A stretch of 64,000 nt of DNA, taken from Eledone cirrhosa (taxonomy: Eukaryota). A program made the position numbers and the translations under genes. The first letter of the stretch is position 1; each line of letters starts with the position of its first letter. Positions 24,545 to 37,556 of the stretch are shown one piece after another. Location of the stretch: NCBI GenBank assembly GCA_964016885.1, contig OZ024743.1:299894001-299958000 (forward strand), read 5' to 3'. The notes beneath the pieces are model-generated. The model had not been told where the DNA came from. It saw nothing but the letters and a program-made list of their open reading frames with translations, and searched no databases.

Positions 24545-26458
24545 AGTTGCATTTATCTTGCTTTATGTTCATACGGGTTATCACCAAGTCACAACCAGTG
24601 ACCTCAAGAGACAACAAGGTCCGCCATGTTCAAGAAAGAACATACATACTCACACATGCATATTTAGTGTTTAGACTTGTGATGTACTTATATTGACAGA
24701 ATCTTCCTTAGTATGTGGGCAGTTCCCATTAGTACTATATTTTGTATTTCTCTTATACACGGGTTTCCTGGGATTTGCGATAAGTAATCATTATACCCCT
24801 TAGGCATCATTCCCAGAGCGCCTACAACCACTGGGATTGTTTTAGTTCTCAATTTCCACATTTTTCCAATTTCTATCTCCGAGTCCTTATACTTGCTCAA
24901 TTTTTCAAAAGTTTTTTATAGATACATTCTTGTCTATTGGAACAGAGATATCAATTAGCAGGCATACCCTCTTTTTAAAGTCCTTCAATATTATATCAGG
25001 TCTATTTGCATTTACTTCTCGGTCTGTTTGGATGCTAAAGTTCCACAAGATTGAGATGTGATCTTTTTCAAGTATGGGAGTTGGTTGATGCTCCCACCAA
25101 TTCTTTTGATGGGGCAGGTCAAAATGCTTACAACATTATCCAATGTATGTATTGTGCAGCTCTGTCATGCCTGTTTAGGTATTCGGTTGGAGCTGTAGGA
25201 CTGCACATTGAAATTATATGGTCAATGGTCTCTGGTTGTTTTTTGCATACACGGCATAATGGGCTGCACCCATTTTTTATTATGTTGGCTTGGTAATTTT
25301 TTGTTGGCAGACACTGATCTTGTGCTGATATAATCAGTCCTTCAGTCTCCGATTTCAGTCCAGAGGATGCCAACCACTGATGGGTTAAAGTTTTGTCAAC
25401 ATCAGGATTGTTAGCTCGTTCTGGGTATTTTCCATACAGAGGCTTTTCTTGCCATTTCTTAGCCAGTTTCTGTAGCAGTTCTTTCTTTGCAGTTACTTTT
25501 ACCTGCTTTGCTTGTTCTGTGTTTTCCATTTCAGCAGTAAATGAGACTTCTGAAATTTGTAGTCCATTACTGTATCTTTGTGCATCTTTTGTAGTGGAAT
25601 ATGATCTTTTGATGCTTTCGTGTTTCAAAACGAGTTTGATCATCCAATCATGTGATTCCCTTAGATATGTAGATAATCGAATTGTTGCAGTTTTCAACGC
25701 AACGTCTAACTGGATTAACCCACATCCTCCTTCTTTCCTAGGGAGATATATTCTATCTGTATCTGCCTTAGGGTGATGCATTCTGTGCATGGTTAAGAAT
25801 TTTCGAATTTTTGTATCGAGCCTACGGATCTCTGTGCTTGACCAGTTGATGACATTGAAACTGTAGGTTACTACTGGTATGGCAAGCGTGTTTATGGCAT
25901 CGATCCTATTCCTTGCATTCAATTCCGTTCTTAAGATTGCTCTTACTCTGCGGTAACATTCCTTCCTTATCCTTTCCCTCATTGTCGAGTGCTTGATTCC
26001 GTCTCCTTCACAAACACCTAGATATTTGTAAGTTTTTTCTTGATCAAGTTCTCTTATCATATTCCCCCGATCAAGATTAATGTCGGAACTCTTCAGCAGC
26101 TTTCCTCTGGTGAACGTTGCTTTGGCGCATTTATCTAGTCCAAACTCCATTTTAATGTCATCACTGAACTGCTCCACAGTGGATAATAGCCCTTGCTATT
26201 TTGCAAATAGTTTCAGGTCATCCATGTAGACAAGTGATTACTGGTTTTGTCATAGACTCTATCACCATGTTTTGTTTCATTGAGCATTTTACTTAATGGT
26301 ATAAGTGCGACGCAGAATAAAAGCGGTGATAAAGAGTCACCCTGAAAAATTCCACAATTAATATTAACTTCACCAGCTTCCAGTGATTTTGTTTCACTAT
26401 TCAAAAGGAGTGTCGTTTTCCATGTCTTCATACTGAATGACAAAAACCTCCTCACAAT
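24543..26458 (-). mobile_element. 5'-truncated R4/Dong-like LINE family C (RT, CCHC, RLE)
   Basis: GIFQGDSLSPLLF; FGLDKC; YKYLG; CRVC..ETIDHIISMC..RHD; RPD; IPVVVGALG; (TAA)n tail. Confidence 0.92.
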
Positions 26459-26461
26459 TAA

Positions 26462-26490
<29 letters not shown>

Positions 26491-26493
<3 letters not shown>

Positions 26494-29400
26494 CTTGAAT
26501 CTCAGTCATTGATGTTGGTTAACTGGAAAGTCCGTTGGAATGAATATCAAGCCACTACCTGCAGCCTCAGATATTCAGGACGTATCGGAGGGTTCTTGCT
26601 GTTCCCAGCAAGCATGCCTTTTGAAGCGTTCCAAAAAGCGTGAAGGGGCCGATTTTCTTTAACTATCCCTGGAAACTTTTGGAGATAGTCCCCAGTGCGC
26701 CTATGACAATCGGGATCACTTTGACTTCATGGTATTACCAAATCCTTTTTACCTCCCACTTTAAGTCCTGGTATCGGCTAATTTTCTCCCTCTCCTTCTC
26801 TTGCACTCTCGTGTCGAATGGGCAGGCCACATACACAATCAGACACGATCTTTTTTCTTTGTCCACAACCACCATGTCAGGTCTATTGTGTTCCAGTTTC
26901 TTGTCCGTCTGTATCCTAAAATCCCACAGCACCTTCACCTGATCGTTCTCCATCACCGCCTCTGGCCTATGCTCATACCATTTCTCAGAATGTGGTAAAT
27001 TGTTTACTTTGCACAGGTGCCAGTGGATCACCCTGCCCATCACATCATGTGTCCAGCCCTTATAGTGGGTCTGGGCTAGGTGTTTACACTCGGATACAAT
27101 GTGAGCCACAGTCTCCTCTCTCTCTCTCCACAGATCCTGCACAGTGGGCTAGCCTGCTCCTTGTAAATATGGTGTTTCAACCACTTCGTTTTGAGGGCCT
27201 GCTCCTGCGCAGCCATTAACATTCCTTCTGTAGCCTTTTTGAGGTGTCCTCTTCTCAATCAGTTCCATGTCTGTGGATCTCTAAATTCAGTTTTCTCAAA
27301 GAAGGTACTATGAAGGGATTTTCCCTGAAGGCTGCTCTTTCTCCTTGATGTTATTTCCTCCTTGGACATCCCCTGGCCTATTGTCCGCTCCTTCAGTACA
27401 GTTCTGAGCATTGGCTCCTTACTATCAGTCACGTATTTGTATAGGTTGTTTTTCTCCATCTGAACACAGTCCTCTATGCTGATAAGACCTCTTCCACCCT
27501 CAGATCTCCTTAGGTAGAGTCTATCGACATCACTCCTCTTGTGGAACATGTTGTAGATAGTCAATAGCTTCCTAGTCTTCCTATCCATTTCTTTTTGTTC
27601 AGCAACATTCCATCTCAGAATTCCCGCACTGTACCTAATAATAGACACAGCTCGGGAATTTACTTCGCTTATGGCATTTCTGCTGTTCAGATGTGACTGA
27701 CTTCAATACGCTCCTTATTCTCCGAATGTATTCAGTTCTTAACAATTCCTTCATTTTTTTGTTCTTTATGCCATCAGCCTCCAGAACGCCCAAATCCTTG
27801 TATCCTTCCTCAGAGTCAATTTCCTTTATCATCTCACCTGTTGGTATCTGGATTCCGTTACTTTTGCTCAACCTACCCCCCCCCCCTCATCACAATGACT
27901 CCACACTTACTAATACCAAACTGCATACATATATCACTGCTGAACATACGGACAGTGTCAACAAGCACATCCAACTCCTTCTCACTCTTCCCGAAGAGCT
28001 TAAGATCGTCCATGAAGAGGAGGTGACTGATGGTAAGCTCTCCCTTTCCCAACTTGTATCCTGCTCTCACTTTTCGCAGCATAATGGTCAAGGGCATCAG
28101 GGCAAGGACAAACAACAGAGGGGACAGGCTATCTCCCTGGAAGATACCTCTCTTAATATTCACGCTTCCCAAGGATTCTCCAGTTGATGTCAACTCTGTC
28201 TCCCAGGACCCCATACTCCTACCCAGCAACTGTCTGATGTTATCTGCCACCTTGAAGATCTCCAGGCTTTTGGTGATCCAAGAATGAGGCACCATGTCAA
28301 ATGCCTTTCTTTAGTCTATCCATCCCATGGCAAGATCAGTGTGTCTCCTCCTGCAATTCCCCATTACCATCTTATCAATAAGTAACTGGTCCTTTGTACC
28401 ACGTGACTTCTTTCGGCATCCTTTCTGTTCGTCCGGTAACAAGTTGTTTGTGTGGAGGTGATGGTAGATTTCCTCAGACACAATGCTCGTCAATAGTTTC
28501 CACATTACGGACAGACATGTGATAGGTCTATAGTTGGTAACATCATTACCCTTGATTCGGTCTTTCATTATCAGAACTGTGGTACCTTTTGTCAACCACT
28601 CTGGCACCTCACCCGACACCAAGCAGTCATTAAACATGACTGTCAGTTTCGGGTGGAGGGATGTTAAATTTTTAATCCAATACCCCTGCACACCATCTGG
28701 GCCTGGTGATTTCCAGTTGGTTAGTTTTTTGGCCTGCCCCTTAAGAGTTTCAACTGTGATACTCAAATCAGTTTGTTGGTGTGCCTGCTCAGCGAACTCC
28801 CTCTGTACTGTCTCAATCTACTCTGCCTGGTCATTATGTCTAATATCCTGCTCCCATATTCCTATCCAGAATGTTTTAGTTTGTTCCGCCTCAGGGATCA
28901 AGTCGTTGCCTCTTTCTTTCCCCTCAAGCTGTCCAAACAGCATCTTCTGGTTGTTGTCGAACATGCGGTTCTGTTTATACTGACTGACTCTGTTCTCGTA
29001 TCGCCTGATTTTTGCACTCTTTGCTACAATGCGTTGCTTCAGTTCCTCTATGATAATATTTAGCTTTTTCCTCCTAGTTCTGTACTTTATTTCCAGTCTA
29101 TTTTTAGTGCCTATGTTTTTTAGTGTCCCATTCAGTAGTGACTCAAGCTTTCCTATGTCATTTCTCATTTCCTTGATTTGACCACTCAGTCGTTTCTTCC
29201 ACCAAGGCTCTGCTCTTTCTTGTCTGTTGTTTCCTCTCGCTTTTATACCAAGTAGTTTCCTCACCGTATTTGCTGTTGCTTTGAGGATATTGTTGCACTG
29301 GTGAAGGCTCCTCGTCTCAAGGTATGGGATGACTTTGTTTACCTTAGCTGTTGTTTCTTTTAACTTTTTCCTGTCTACAAATCTTAGGTTCATAGGTCTC

Positions 29401-30102
29401 CCACTATCATTGTTCAATTCATCTACCACTAAATTTAGGATGTCAACCGAATCTTGTCCTAGCCCGTCAGCATTCATCTCCTCAGTGGCCGTATCTCTGT
29501 TCCAGGTATTATTTATCTCAGTATTCAGATCATTGTCTGCTTCTGGTGGTTCCTCCGTTCTCTCGACCTCTTCACCTTCATTTCCCACTGGCTCGCTTGT
29601 CTGGCATACTACACCCTCCACCTCCAAGCTATTCTCTCTGCTCAGTTCCTCCAGTTCCAGCTCGCTTATCCACCCATTAGTTCTTATTACCCGAGCCTGC
29701 CCGGCCAATTTTTGTTCATCTAATTTAAATAGACCAATCTCGTTCCAGATGTTATGCATCTGTCTCCTATAGCCCCTCTCCTTGGGGTTACTTTTCAGGT
29801 AACATTGCATAACAGTTCTATTCAATTCTTTCGTCCAGTTGGTTCTGGCCCCTTTCCTTCTCTTTCTTCCTCCAACACCAGCAGTATTTGGTTGACAGTC
29901 AGGTTCCTGCTGCTGAGCCAGGGAGCACCTGTTGGGTGAGAGTCTGTCACATGACGTTCTAGTCTCCATTTCACCGTTATTCGAACTGTTTAGGTTCGAT
30001 ATTTAAACACTCTTATCGAGGATTGGCGAATGTATGGTTACATAGCCATCTGTGGATTCACCGTCTCCGGTGGTTGCGCCACTCCACTTGGCTCTTGTGT
30101 GG
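26491..30102 (-). mobile_element. Full-length R4/Dong-like RLE LINE family A (inactivated)
   Basis: Short 5'UTR, single ORF, short 3'UTR, (TAA)n tail at 26461-26490. Confidence 0.92.
26567..29969 (-). pseudogene. R4/Dong ORF: N-terminal domain, RT, CCHC, restriction-like endonuclease
   Basis: WKSPGPDG, NYRPITCL, GIFQGDSLSP, FMDD, CRIC..ETVAHIVSEC, WDF..HNRPD; broken by stops and frameshifts. Confidence 0.93.
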
Positions 30103-30584
30103 CATTATCACCACGCTGTAGACGAACACAAATAAACAAACAAACACACAGGCAGAAAAAAAACCCAAAATGAATAAGCATAAGTTTCATTGAAATGTAG
30201 TGTTCGAATGTCTGACTTAGTTTTTCCCTTCTCTTCTCTGTGTCCGCTTGTTTCTCTCTTCATTCTTATTTTCTTTACGCTTTTTTTTTGTTTTTTGTTT
30301 TTTGTTTTTGTTTTTCTCTGTTTGTTTTTCTCGTTTTTTGCTGTTGTTGCTGTGCTGCTTTGGTTTTGATGTTTGTTTTTTCTTTTTTCTTTTGAGTCTA
30401 TATATTTTGATGCCTTCCTCTTTTTTAGTAGGAATTCTATAATGTGGTGGCAGCAACTAGCAGGAAGCAATGGGAGATAATAGCGGCGGTAGCGATACTG
30501 AGACAGTGGTGGTGGTGATGTCGATACCGAGGCAGTGGTGGTGGTGATGTGGTCGTATTACTGTAGTGATGGTTTTGCAGCGGT

Positions 30585-31210
30585 GGTAGCAATGAAGGAG
30601 TGGTGGCGGCGGTGATGGGATAGTGGTATTAATGATGGCAGTAGTGATGGTGTTGTAGCGGTGGTATCAATGAAGGACTGATGTCCGTTCGGTGAATCTA
30701 TGGGGTTAGTCGCGTATATGTGTTGACCTAAATTCCCTTAATGTTGGGATTAAACATTTTGTTAAGACTTGGGACAATAATAATAGTATTTATTATTATC
30801 CTTATTATGTTGAGATTGGTTGTGGTGGTGGTGAAATTGCTGCTATCTGGCTGTTGTGTTTAGTGTACACAGAGAGGTGATGGGGTAGGTGGTGTATCTA
30901 GTTTCTGGTGTTGGTGAGATTGGTGTTGTTTGGCTGTTCTATAGAGTTTAGACAGAGGAGGGGGGGGGGGTTTCTTCTTCCATTTATATCCATTTTCTTT
31001 TTTGAATATACAATGTACAATACAAAGTTGAATATTTGAATATTTGAGCCTTATAACAATATATTTTGGGTTCGAATTTGTTTGGGGCTCAAGCCGGATG
31101 CTTTACGTAGCATTTGTACTAAGAGTTGTTATTTCACAAATGATTTAAATATGTTAAAAATTCAAAACTTACGGGAGCGATTTCATGACCTTCTACCACC
31201 TCGTGCGTTT

Positions 31211-31212
<2 letters not shown>
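30585..31212. repeat. Dispersed unclassified unit, copy 2
   Basis: Homologous to 8030-8680; followed by (ATT)n at 31214-31257. Confidence 0.75.
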
Positions 31213-31256
<44 letters not shown>

Positions 31257-31269
31257 TACCGCTGCTGTT

Positions 31270-31640
31270 ATTCCTTGAATCTCAGTCATTGATGTTGGTT
31301 AACTGGAAAGTCCGTTGGATTGAATATCAAGCCACTACCTGCAGCCTCAGATATTCAGGACGTATCGGAGGGTTCTTGCTGTTCCAAGCAAGCATGCCTT
31401 TTGAAGCGTTCCAAAAAGCGTGAAGGGGCCGATTTTCTTTAACCATCCCTGGAAACTTTTGGAGATAGTCCCCAGGTTCTTTGAGTCTCTGTCATTGATG
31501 TTAGTTAACTGGAAAGTTTGGTGAAATGAATATGAAGCCACTGCCTGCAGCCTCAGATATTCAGGACGTCCAGTTGGTTCTTGTCCCTTTCTTTCTTCTT
31601 CTTCCTCCAACACCAGCAGTATGACAGATGACAGCCAAAA
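31270..31640 (-). mobile_element. Two tandem Dong family A 3' ends, the second fused to a 5' fragment
   Basis: 31270-31474 is nearly identical to 26490-26693; 31476-31569 is a second 3'UTR; 31567-31625 matches 29832-29887. Confidence 0.85.
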
Positions 31641-32507
31641 CTTCTTTTGCCGAGCATTTACTGTTATTTTATAGTTAACCATACCAGTATTTTCTTGAGC
31701 TGGTTAGCTTTTCTTTTGATCCACTAAGAGATAAACAGATGTTTGTTTTCCAAACAGGCACCTCAAAGTTTATGTTAAGAAATCAGGTGGCACACAATGA
31801 TTTTAAGTCAGCAAGAAAGCGCAACTGACTGTCCATAGAATGGAAGATCCAAATTTCACAAACCAATAATGGTATGTTCACTTGTGATAGTTAAAGCTAT
31901 ATGGATGGCGTAACAATTATACACAAAGACAAAAAAATATTTACATAAATGTATCAGTTCATTGGCGAAAACTGGATTAAATGACTAAGCAGAGATAAAC
32001 AGATACGGGAAGTAGATGCATTACTCGCACCACTGTCCGGAAGTTGCGTATCTGAAGTAAAGTAGGATCATTTCCAGACGAATCGATCAAAACTAATGGC
32101 TAATTTCCGAAACCAAACCTGTTAATTAGCAGTGCCGCATTCAACCGAGACACTTGGAAAAATACTGAAATAATTATATAACTAGACTTCCAAATCACAC
32201 AATGAAATTAAGAAAAGCTACCGAAGAAGAAATTAGGATTCATAATAAAAATAGAACCCGACAATTAAAAACTGACAGGAAATCCAAGAAGCACGTTGTT
32301 AAAGTAAGTGACTGACATGTGTCTGGCTGATACACACTGCGCAACCACGATATGTTTACATTTTACGAGGTTAAATTATCAGACATATATCTTTGGCACA
32401 CTAGCGTTAGTATCACACTCATTTATTTTATTCTAGGAAGTACATACCCCCCCCCCCACATATATATATATATACATATATATATATATGTAGGTATATA
32501 TATATGT

Positions 32508-32553
<46 letters not shown>

Positions 32554-33625
32554 TTTTAACGGCTTGATTCATTCACTGGGCAGAGGGTGATATATCTACA
32601 TCTATACGGTCTTATGTCTAGTAGATTGGAAAAGCTATCTGAAGAGCTATATCTTTCCATTGGTATTCTCTGAATTTCCAATCTTGTGATAAGCGAAACC
32701 GCCGGTCATAGCACTAGAAGAGGTAAATATTTAAATCGTATTTTAATTCATTTAAAAGATTGTTTAATGTCTACTTGTTCCGCTCATATTTACAGTCCTG
32801 GTATCTCAAATTATTATAGACACCATATATATTTCCGTGGGTACGTAATACCTACTGGGATATCTATATCATTTATCTAATTCTCCTTAATGTAGAGAAA
32901 AAAATATGCTGTATCATGCTGCTATTTCTAGCAGCATGAAATATCAGCGAGTCTATAATTCCCGCTTTTTCTAACGGTCCAATCAGTGTGTGGGTCATTT
33001 TAACGGAGAGAGAACAGCGAAAGGGCATATGTTTTGGGGAATGCTTGTCTGCGTATGTGTGGTAGAGTGTATAAGTGTTCGATTGGGAGTAAATGAATAA
33101 TACATATTATTTGCCACTAATTGTATATATGTACATGATAAGGAAATGTTCCTACTTAGTGAATGCTCATTGTGTTTATATACATCTCTTCAATGTATGT
33201 TTCTTTGTAATTCTTTTCTAGGAGATCTTTGAAACTTCGGCAATCAATACATATTTATTTACACATATATTATGCCTACGCTTACAAATATATCCATGCA
33301 ATCACGCATACGAACAAGCAGAGCCGCACCTCTCAATCTATCTATCTATCTTTTTATCTATGTATCTAGCCGTCTCATTGAATAAATACTTGCAAACAAT
33401 TGTGTTCGTGTATATATATATATATGTGTGTGTACTTATATAAACATGTTTACATATAAATTATTAGAGAAACAAAGATTTTCATATGAGTCCTCATAAA
33501 ATGAAACGAATAGCAAGACATTCAAAGATGTAAGAATAACAAACCTAACATAACATACACACATATATATATGCAAACACTCACGCACATACAGATATGC
33601 ACACATATAGACACAAACATATATG

Positions 33626-33662
<37 letters not shown>

Positions 33663-33938
33663 ACATTGGTTGTGTCTCTCTCTGTATATTATATATATAT
33701 AAAAAGATATACATGTATACACGAACACACGCACACACACACTTCCCTTATTTGCCCTATTTTCCTGAGAGGGTCGTCGAGGTAAAGCGCTTAAACACTC
33801 TTATACCTATACACATACATAAATAATATGAAATAAGGACCGTGTAATTAAGCCGCGTTTTTTTTTCGGTGATTTCAAGAAGTACATATGAACTTGTAAA
33901 GTAAACGGTGCTATTTTTTAACTGCATTATTAGCCTTG

Positions 33939-34130
33939 GGCGGTAGATTTGCAGTCTCGGTAGAGGGTCGGACGCCATGCTTTGACGCATAGAGTGACGG
34001 CCCTTGCCATTCTGAGTTCAAATCCCGCCGAGGTTAACTTTGCCTTTCATCCTTACCGGGTCGATTAAATAATGTACCAGTAATGCACTGAATATTTGCT
34101 GGCTTCGTGCCAAAAGTAGAAACAATTATT
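33939..34130 (+). mobile_element. Full-length tRNA-derived SINE
   Basis: ggcggtag..gcagtctcggtag head, gagttcaaatcc B box, conserved core, (ATT) tail; TSD attattagYcttg. Confidence 0.88.
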
Positions 34131-34302
34131 AGTCTTGAAAATGCGCATCTTCTCTGCCGGCCACTTTCAAGAACAAATATATTTAATTTTTAGTAATCAG
34201 ATAATGAACAAGGTCAGTTGGAATGGTAAAAGAATAGAAACGACGTTGAAACAAATAATATATAGATATAACCATTTTTTTAAAATATAAACAAATGAAC
34301 AA

Positions 34303-34526
34303 ATAATAATTATTTCTACTTTAGGCACAAGGCCAACACTTTTTGGGGGATGAGAACGTCAATTAAATCCACCCCAGTGCAATACTGGAGCCTTATTTAA
34401 TCCACCCTGTAAGAATAAAAGGCAAAGTTAACCTTGGCGGGATTTGAAATCAGAACATAAAGGGCAGTAACTCTAAGCTTCAAAACATGGTGTCCGACTC
34501 TTTACCGATACTGCCAATCTACCGCC
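34303..34526 (-). mobile_element. Full-length SINE, inverted relative to 33939-34130
   Basis: Reverse complement of the same head, core and tail. Confidence 0.85.
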
Positions 34527-34757
34527 ATTACAATACCGAAAATAAAAAAAGTCAGGAAAGAATTATTGAGAGGGAAGAAAATGTAAACGCTACTTAAGTC
34601 AATCCGAAATAGAGAGTAATTGAGATATATGTGAAGTAGAATTAAATAAATATATATCGCATGAGGCCAAATGCAGCATTTGAATGTGTTATTCCAGCGA
34701 AATGTCGGTCAGAAGAATTTTGTATGCACATCATACAAAACATACACGCGCACGCAT

Positions 34758-34789
<32 letters not shown>

Positions 34790-34796
34790 GTGTGTG

Positions 34797-34847
<51 letters not shown>

Positions 34848-34848
34848 T

Positions 34849-34883
<35 letters not shown>

Positions 34884-34886
<3 letters not shown>

Positions 34887-34972
34887 GACAGGGGGAAAGA
34901 AGAAAAAAATGGCTTCACTTGTGCTTTCAACAAATTTATTTTCTTCACAAAATCCAAAAATAATTTTTTTCC
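34884..34972 (-). repeat. Short terminal fragment of the element at 51558-52110
   Basis: taagacaggggg..aaaaaatggcttcacttgtgctttcaacaaatttattttcttcac shared; lies between (TA)n tracts. Confidence 0.75.
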
Positions 34973-34980
34973 GGATTAGA

Positions 34981-35011
<31 letters not shown>

Positions 35012-36013
35012 TATACGCAAATACATACGAACATATATATCCATGCAGATTCACATGTACACCCGTGACATATTAGCATCGTGCCTTTAAATTCGCTAAA
35101 TCACCTGCATATTCATTTGATTTACTCACAGGGATACACGTATACACGATCGATGAATATTAACACACAAATTGACAAATGGCACACATTCTTAGATGGA
35201 CATAAAAAAAACATATACTTAGCCATGCGAGCACTTTTATGCATACATTCATATATATATAACTAAGTACAGTCACATAACTTGCATGTAATCACACATA
35301 TGTTTCTCCGAAAGTTCCTGTTCAATAGTCGTGATGCATGAGCACCAAAATGACACAGGCGGTGACTCGGCACTTAAAATTGCTGTGCAACCAAACGTTA
35401 GCGAATATTTAGACTACGGAAATTTTTAAAAGTGTTATGTACCTCATCAAATCTGGAAACCGTGCCACACTAAACTAGTGGCAACCATTTATGATTATCG
35501 GTGGTGATAAATTCTTATTATGTAGTAAGATTGTACACACGAAACGTTTGTTGGTCATTCTAGTTTCAACATACCAATAGATTGAAATGTTAAATCAACA
35601 ATGAATATTTCGGGATTATTTCACATTCCTTCGCTCATCTTCATAGGGTCTGTCTTCTTCAGTCTATAGTCGATACTTCTATATATTCCTTGGATAATTT
35701 CCTCCGCTAGTGATGCTATATATGCTAGTTTACTATTTCTGTAGAATTCTATATTTCTCACTCATGCATAAAGCACATAAAGTACATTTCCTTGTACCCT
35801 TATTATGTTCTTTTGATTGGTCTAAAATAGACCTATTTATTGCATATGCAATCCCCCCCCCCTTCTTTCATCTCCCACACTCTGTTTGCCAGTGCCGTGG
35901 TTTTCTTTTTTCATGATAGTTGATAAAAGTGACGATGTTTAAATTTATCCTTGGTCATTTCCATATATAACCCTCACTGGAAACTGGTTGATTTGTGTTT
36001 AAAGGTGCCATTG

Positions 36014-36193
36014 ATAACGAAGGAAGTGTGGTAAGGAACCAGATGGACCATAACGCACCAGACTACTCAATACTTAGGGTTGTAGAATGGGTAATAGGAC
36101 ATGTTTAACCCCGACGGCAGAGCTCAAGCCGTTCTGTCCAGAAATAGCCGTCGAAACGTCTTGAGCTCTGCCGTGGGGTTAAATATTTTCCTA
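36014..36193. mobile_element. Miniature inverted PLE-end element (tail plus hairpin)
   Basis: Arms ttaaccccgacggcagagctcaag / cttgagctctgccgtggggttaa; ~80-bp one-sided tail; inverse copy at 59768-59955. Confidence 0.75.
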
Positions 36194-36205
36194 TATATAT
36201 ATATA

Positions 36206-36737
36206 GTAATAATAATAAATTTGAAAAATAAAATCCAAAGAGGGCTCGATAAGGATAAATATATATCAAATATATAAGAATCGTAGAGCAAATATTTATT
36301 AAAATAACAGATTAAAGTTTAAGCAAATAATTGCTGCTTTCACCCTTAACGTGATCTTCTGAAACTAACAAAGTCAATCTGTGAACGCAGAAGTGAAGAT
36401 TTCAAAAAACGTTGCAACGTATTATCTTCGTTTTTTCCGTTCATTGCCAGAGAACGTCTCTATGAACCACCTAATAGAATATTAGTCTACGACTTCTTTT
36501 ATACTATAGACGTGGTTTTGTCTTTGCGTGTAATTGATTTTCACCGCTCCAAATAATGACGTATTATATACGTTTTTTCCCGTTCTTTGCCAGGGAACGT
36601 TTCCACGAACCAAAGTATCGTCTCCTGTCTTCCTCCGGTTGCAACGTTCACAGATTGACTTTGTTAGTTTCAGAACATCCCGTTAAGGGTGAAAGCAGCG
36701 ATTCTTTGCTTAAACTTTAATCTGTTATTTTAATAAA
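36206..36737. mobile_element. Inverted PLE-end element (tail plus ~95-bp inverted arms)
   Basis: 36293-36386 is inverted at ~36645-36737; tail shared with 51134-51220; flanked by (TA)n. Confidence 0.75.
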
Positions 36738-36909
36738 TATATATTATATATATATATATATGTGTGTGTGTGTTTCTGTGTCAAGTAAGAATATTTTCGA
36801 AACAGCGAGTGGGTTTGAAATTATTATAAATGTAAGCTATCGCCGTATTTTGACTAAAGAAATTAACGAAATTATTTAGCCTGATAATGGCGTTAAGAAC
36901 CCCACTATA

Positions 36910-36967
<58 letters not shown>

Positions 36968-37232
36968 TAGTTTTGCGAGGTTTTTTATATGAAATCGTGT
37001 GTCGAAACAGATATTGTTATACTTGGGGAGGGTCATATTTGCGTAATATTGCCAGAATTAATAACAGAACACACTCACTGTTTGGTTGGTTTTCGCTTCT
37101 CGCTGTCTTTTATTATATCTGCGATCTAACTTACTCGGTCCTCAATGTCGCCATTGACTGACCGGCGGTCAAAAATAATACAGATACAATATAGACACAA
37201 ACACATATATATATATATAGTTTACATAATTT

Positions 37233-37273
37233 ACATAAATCTTTCGTTGCACATCTGCAACATCGTCAGTGGT
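37233..37273 (-). ncRNA. Hammerhead ribozyme core in PLE 3' region (left arm)
   Basis: Minus strand CUGACGA-u-guugca(gaug)ugcaac-GAAA-gauu-UA; stem I weak. Confidence 0.6.
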
Positions 37274-37556
37274 GTTATATTCATTGTTCCTCCTGTTGTG
37301 TTGTATGCCTACGCCATTTTTTATTCAGTCTGTCTATATATTTATTTATTTATTTGCTTGTTTGTTTATCTTATTATTTTTTTTTTTTGTCTTCTTTGCG
37401 CATGCGTTTGCGTGTGTGTATAGTGTTATGTGTGATGTGTGACTAGTGTGTATAGTGTTGTGTCTGCTGGGTGACTAGTGTGTGTTTATGTGCTTGTTGT
37501 TATTGTGCTTGTGTATGTATTTATTTATCTTATTTTATTTAATTGTATTTACTTAT

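Noticed and set aside
30030-30102. Possible HDV-like ribozyme at the Dong A 5' end (also Dong B ~4740-4810)
   Set aside because: Short helices exist (gccac/gtggc, gtgga/tccac) but I could not place P3/L3 or the catalytic C. An Rfam or RNArobo scan would settle it.
33939-34035. tRNA gene
   Set aside because: The A/B-box-like motifs belong to a SINE head, and there is no cloverleaf.
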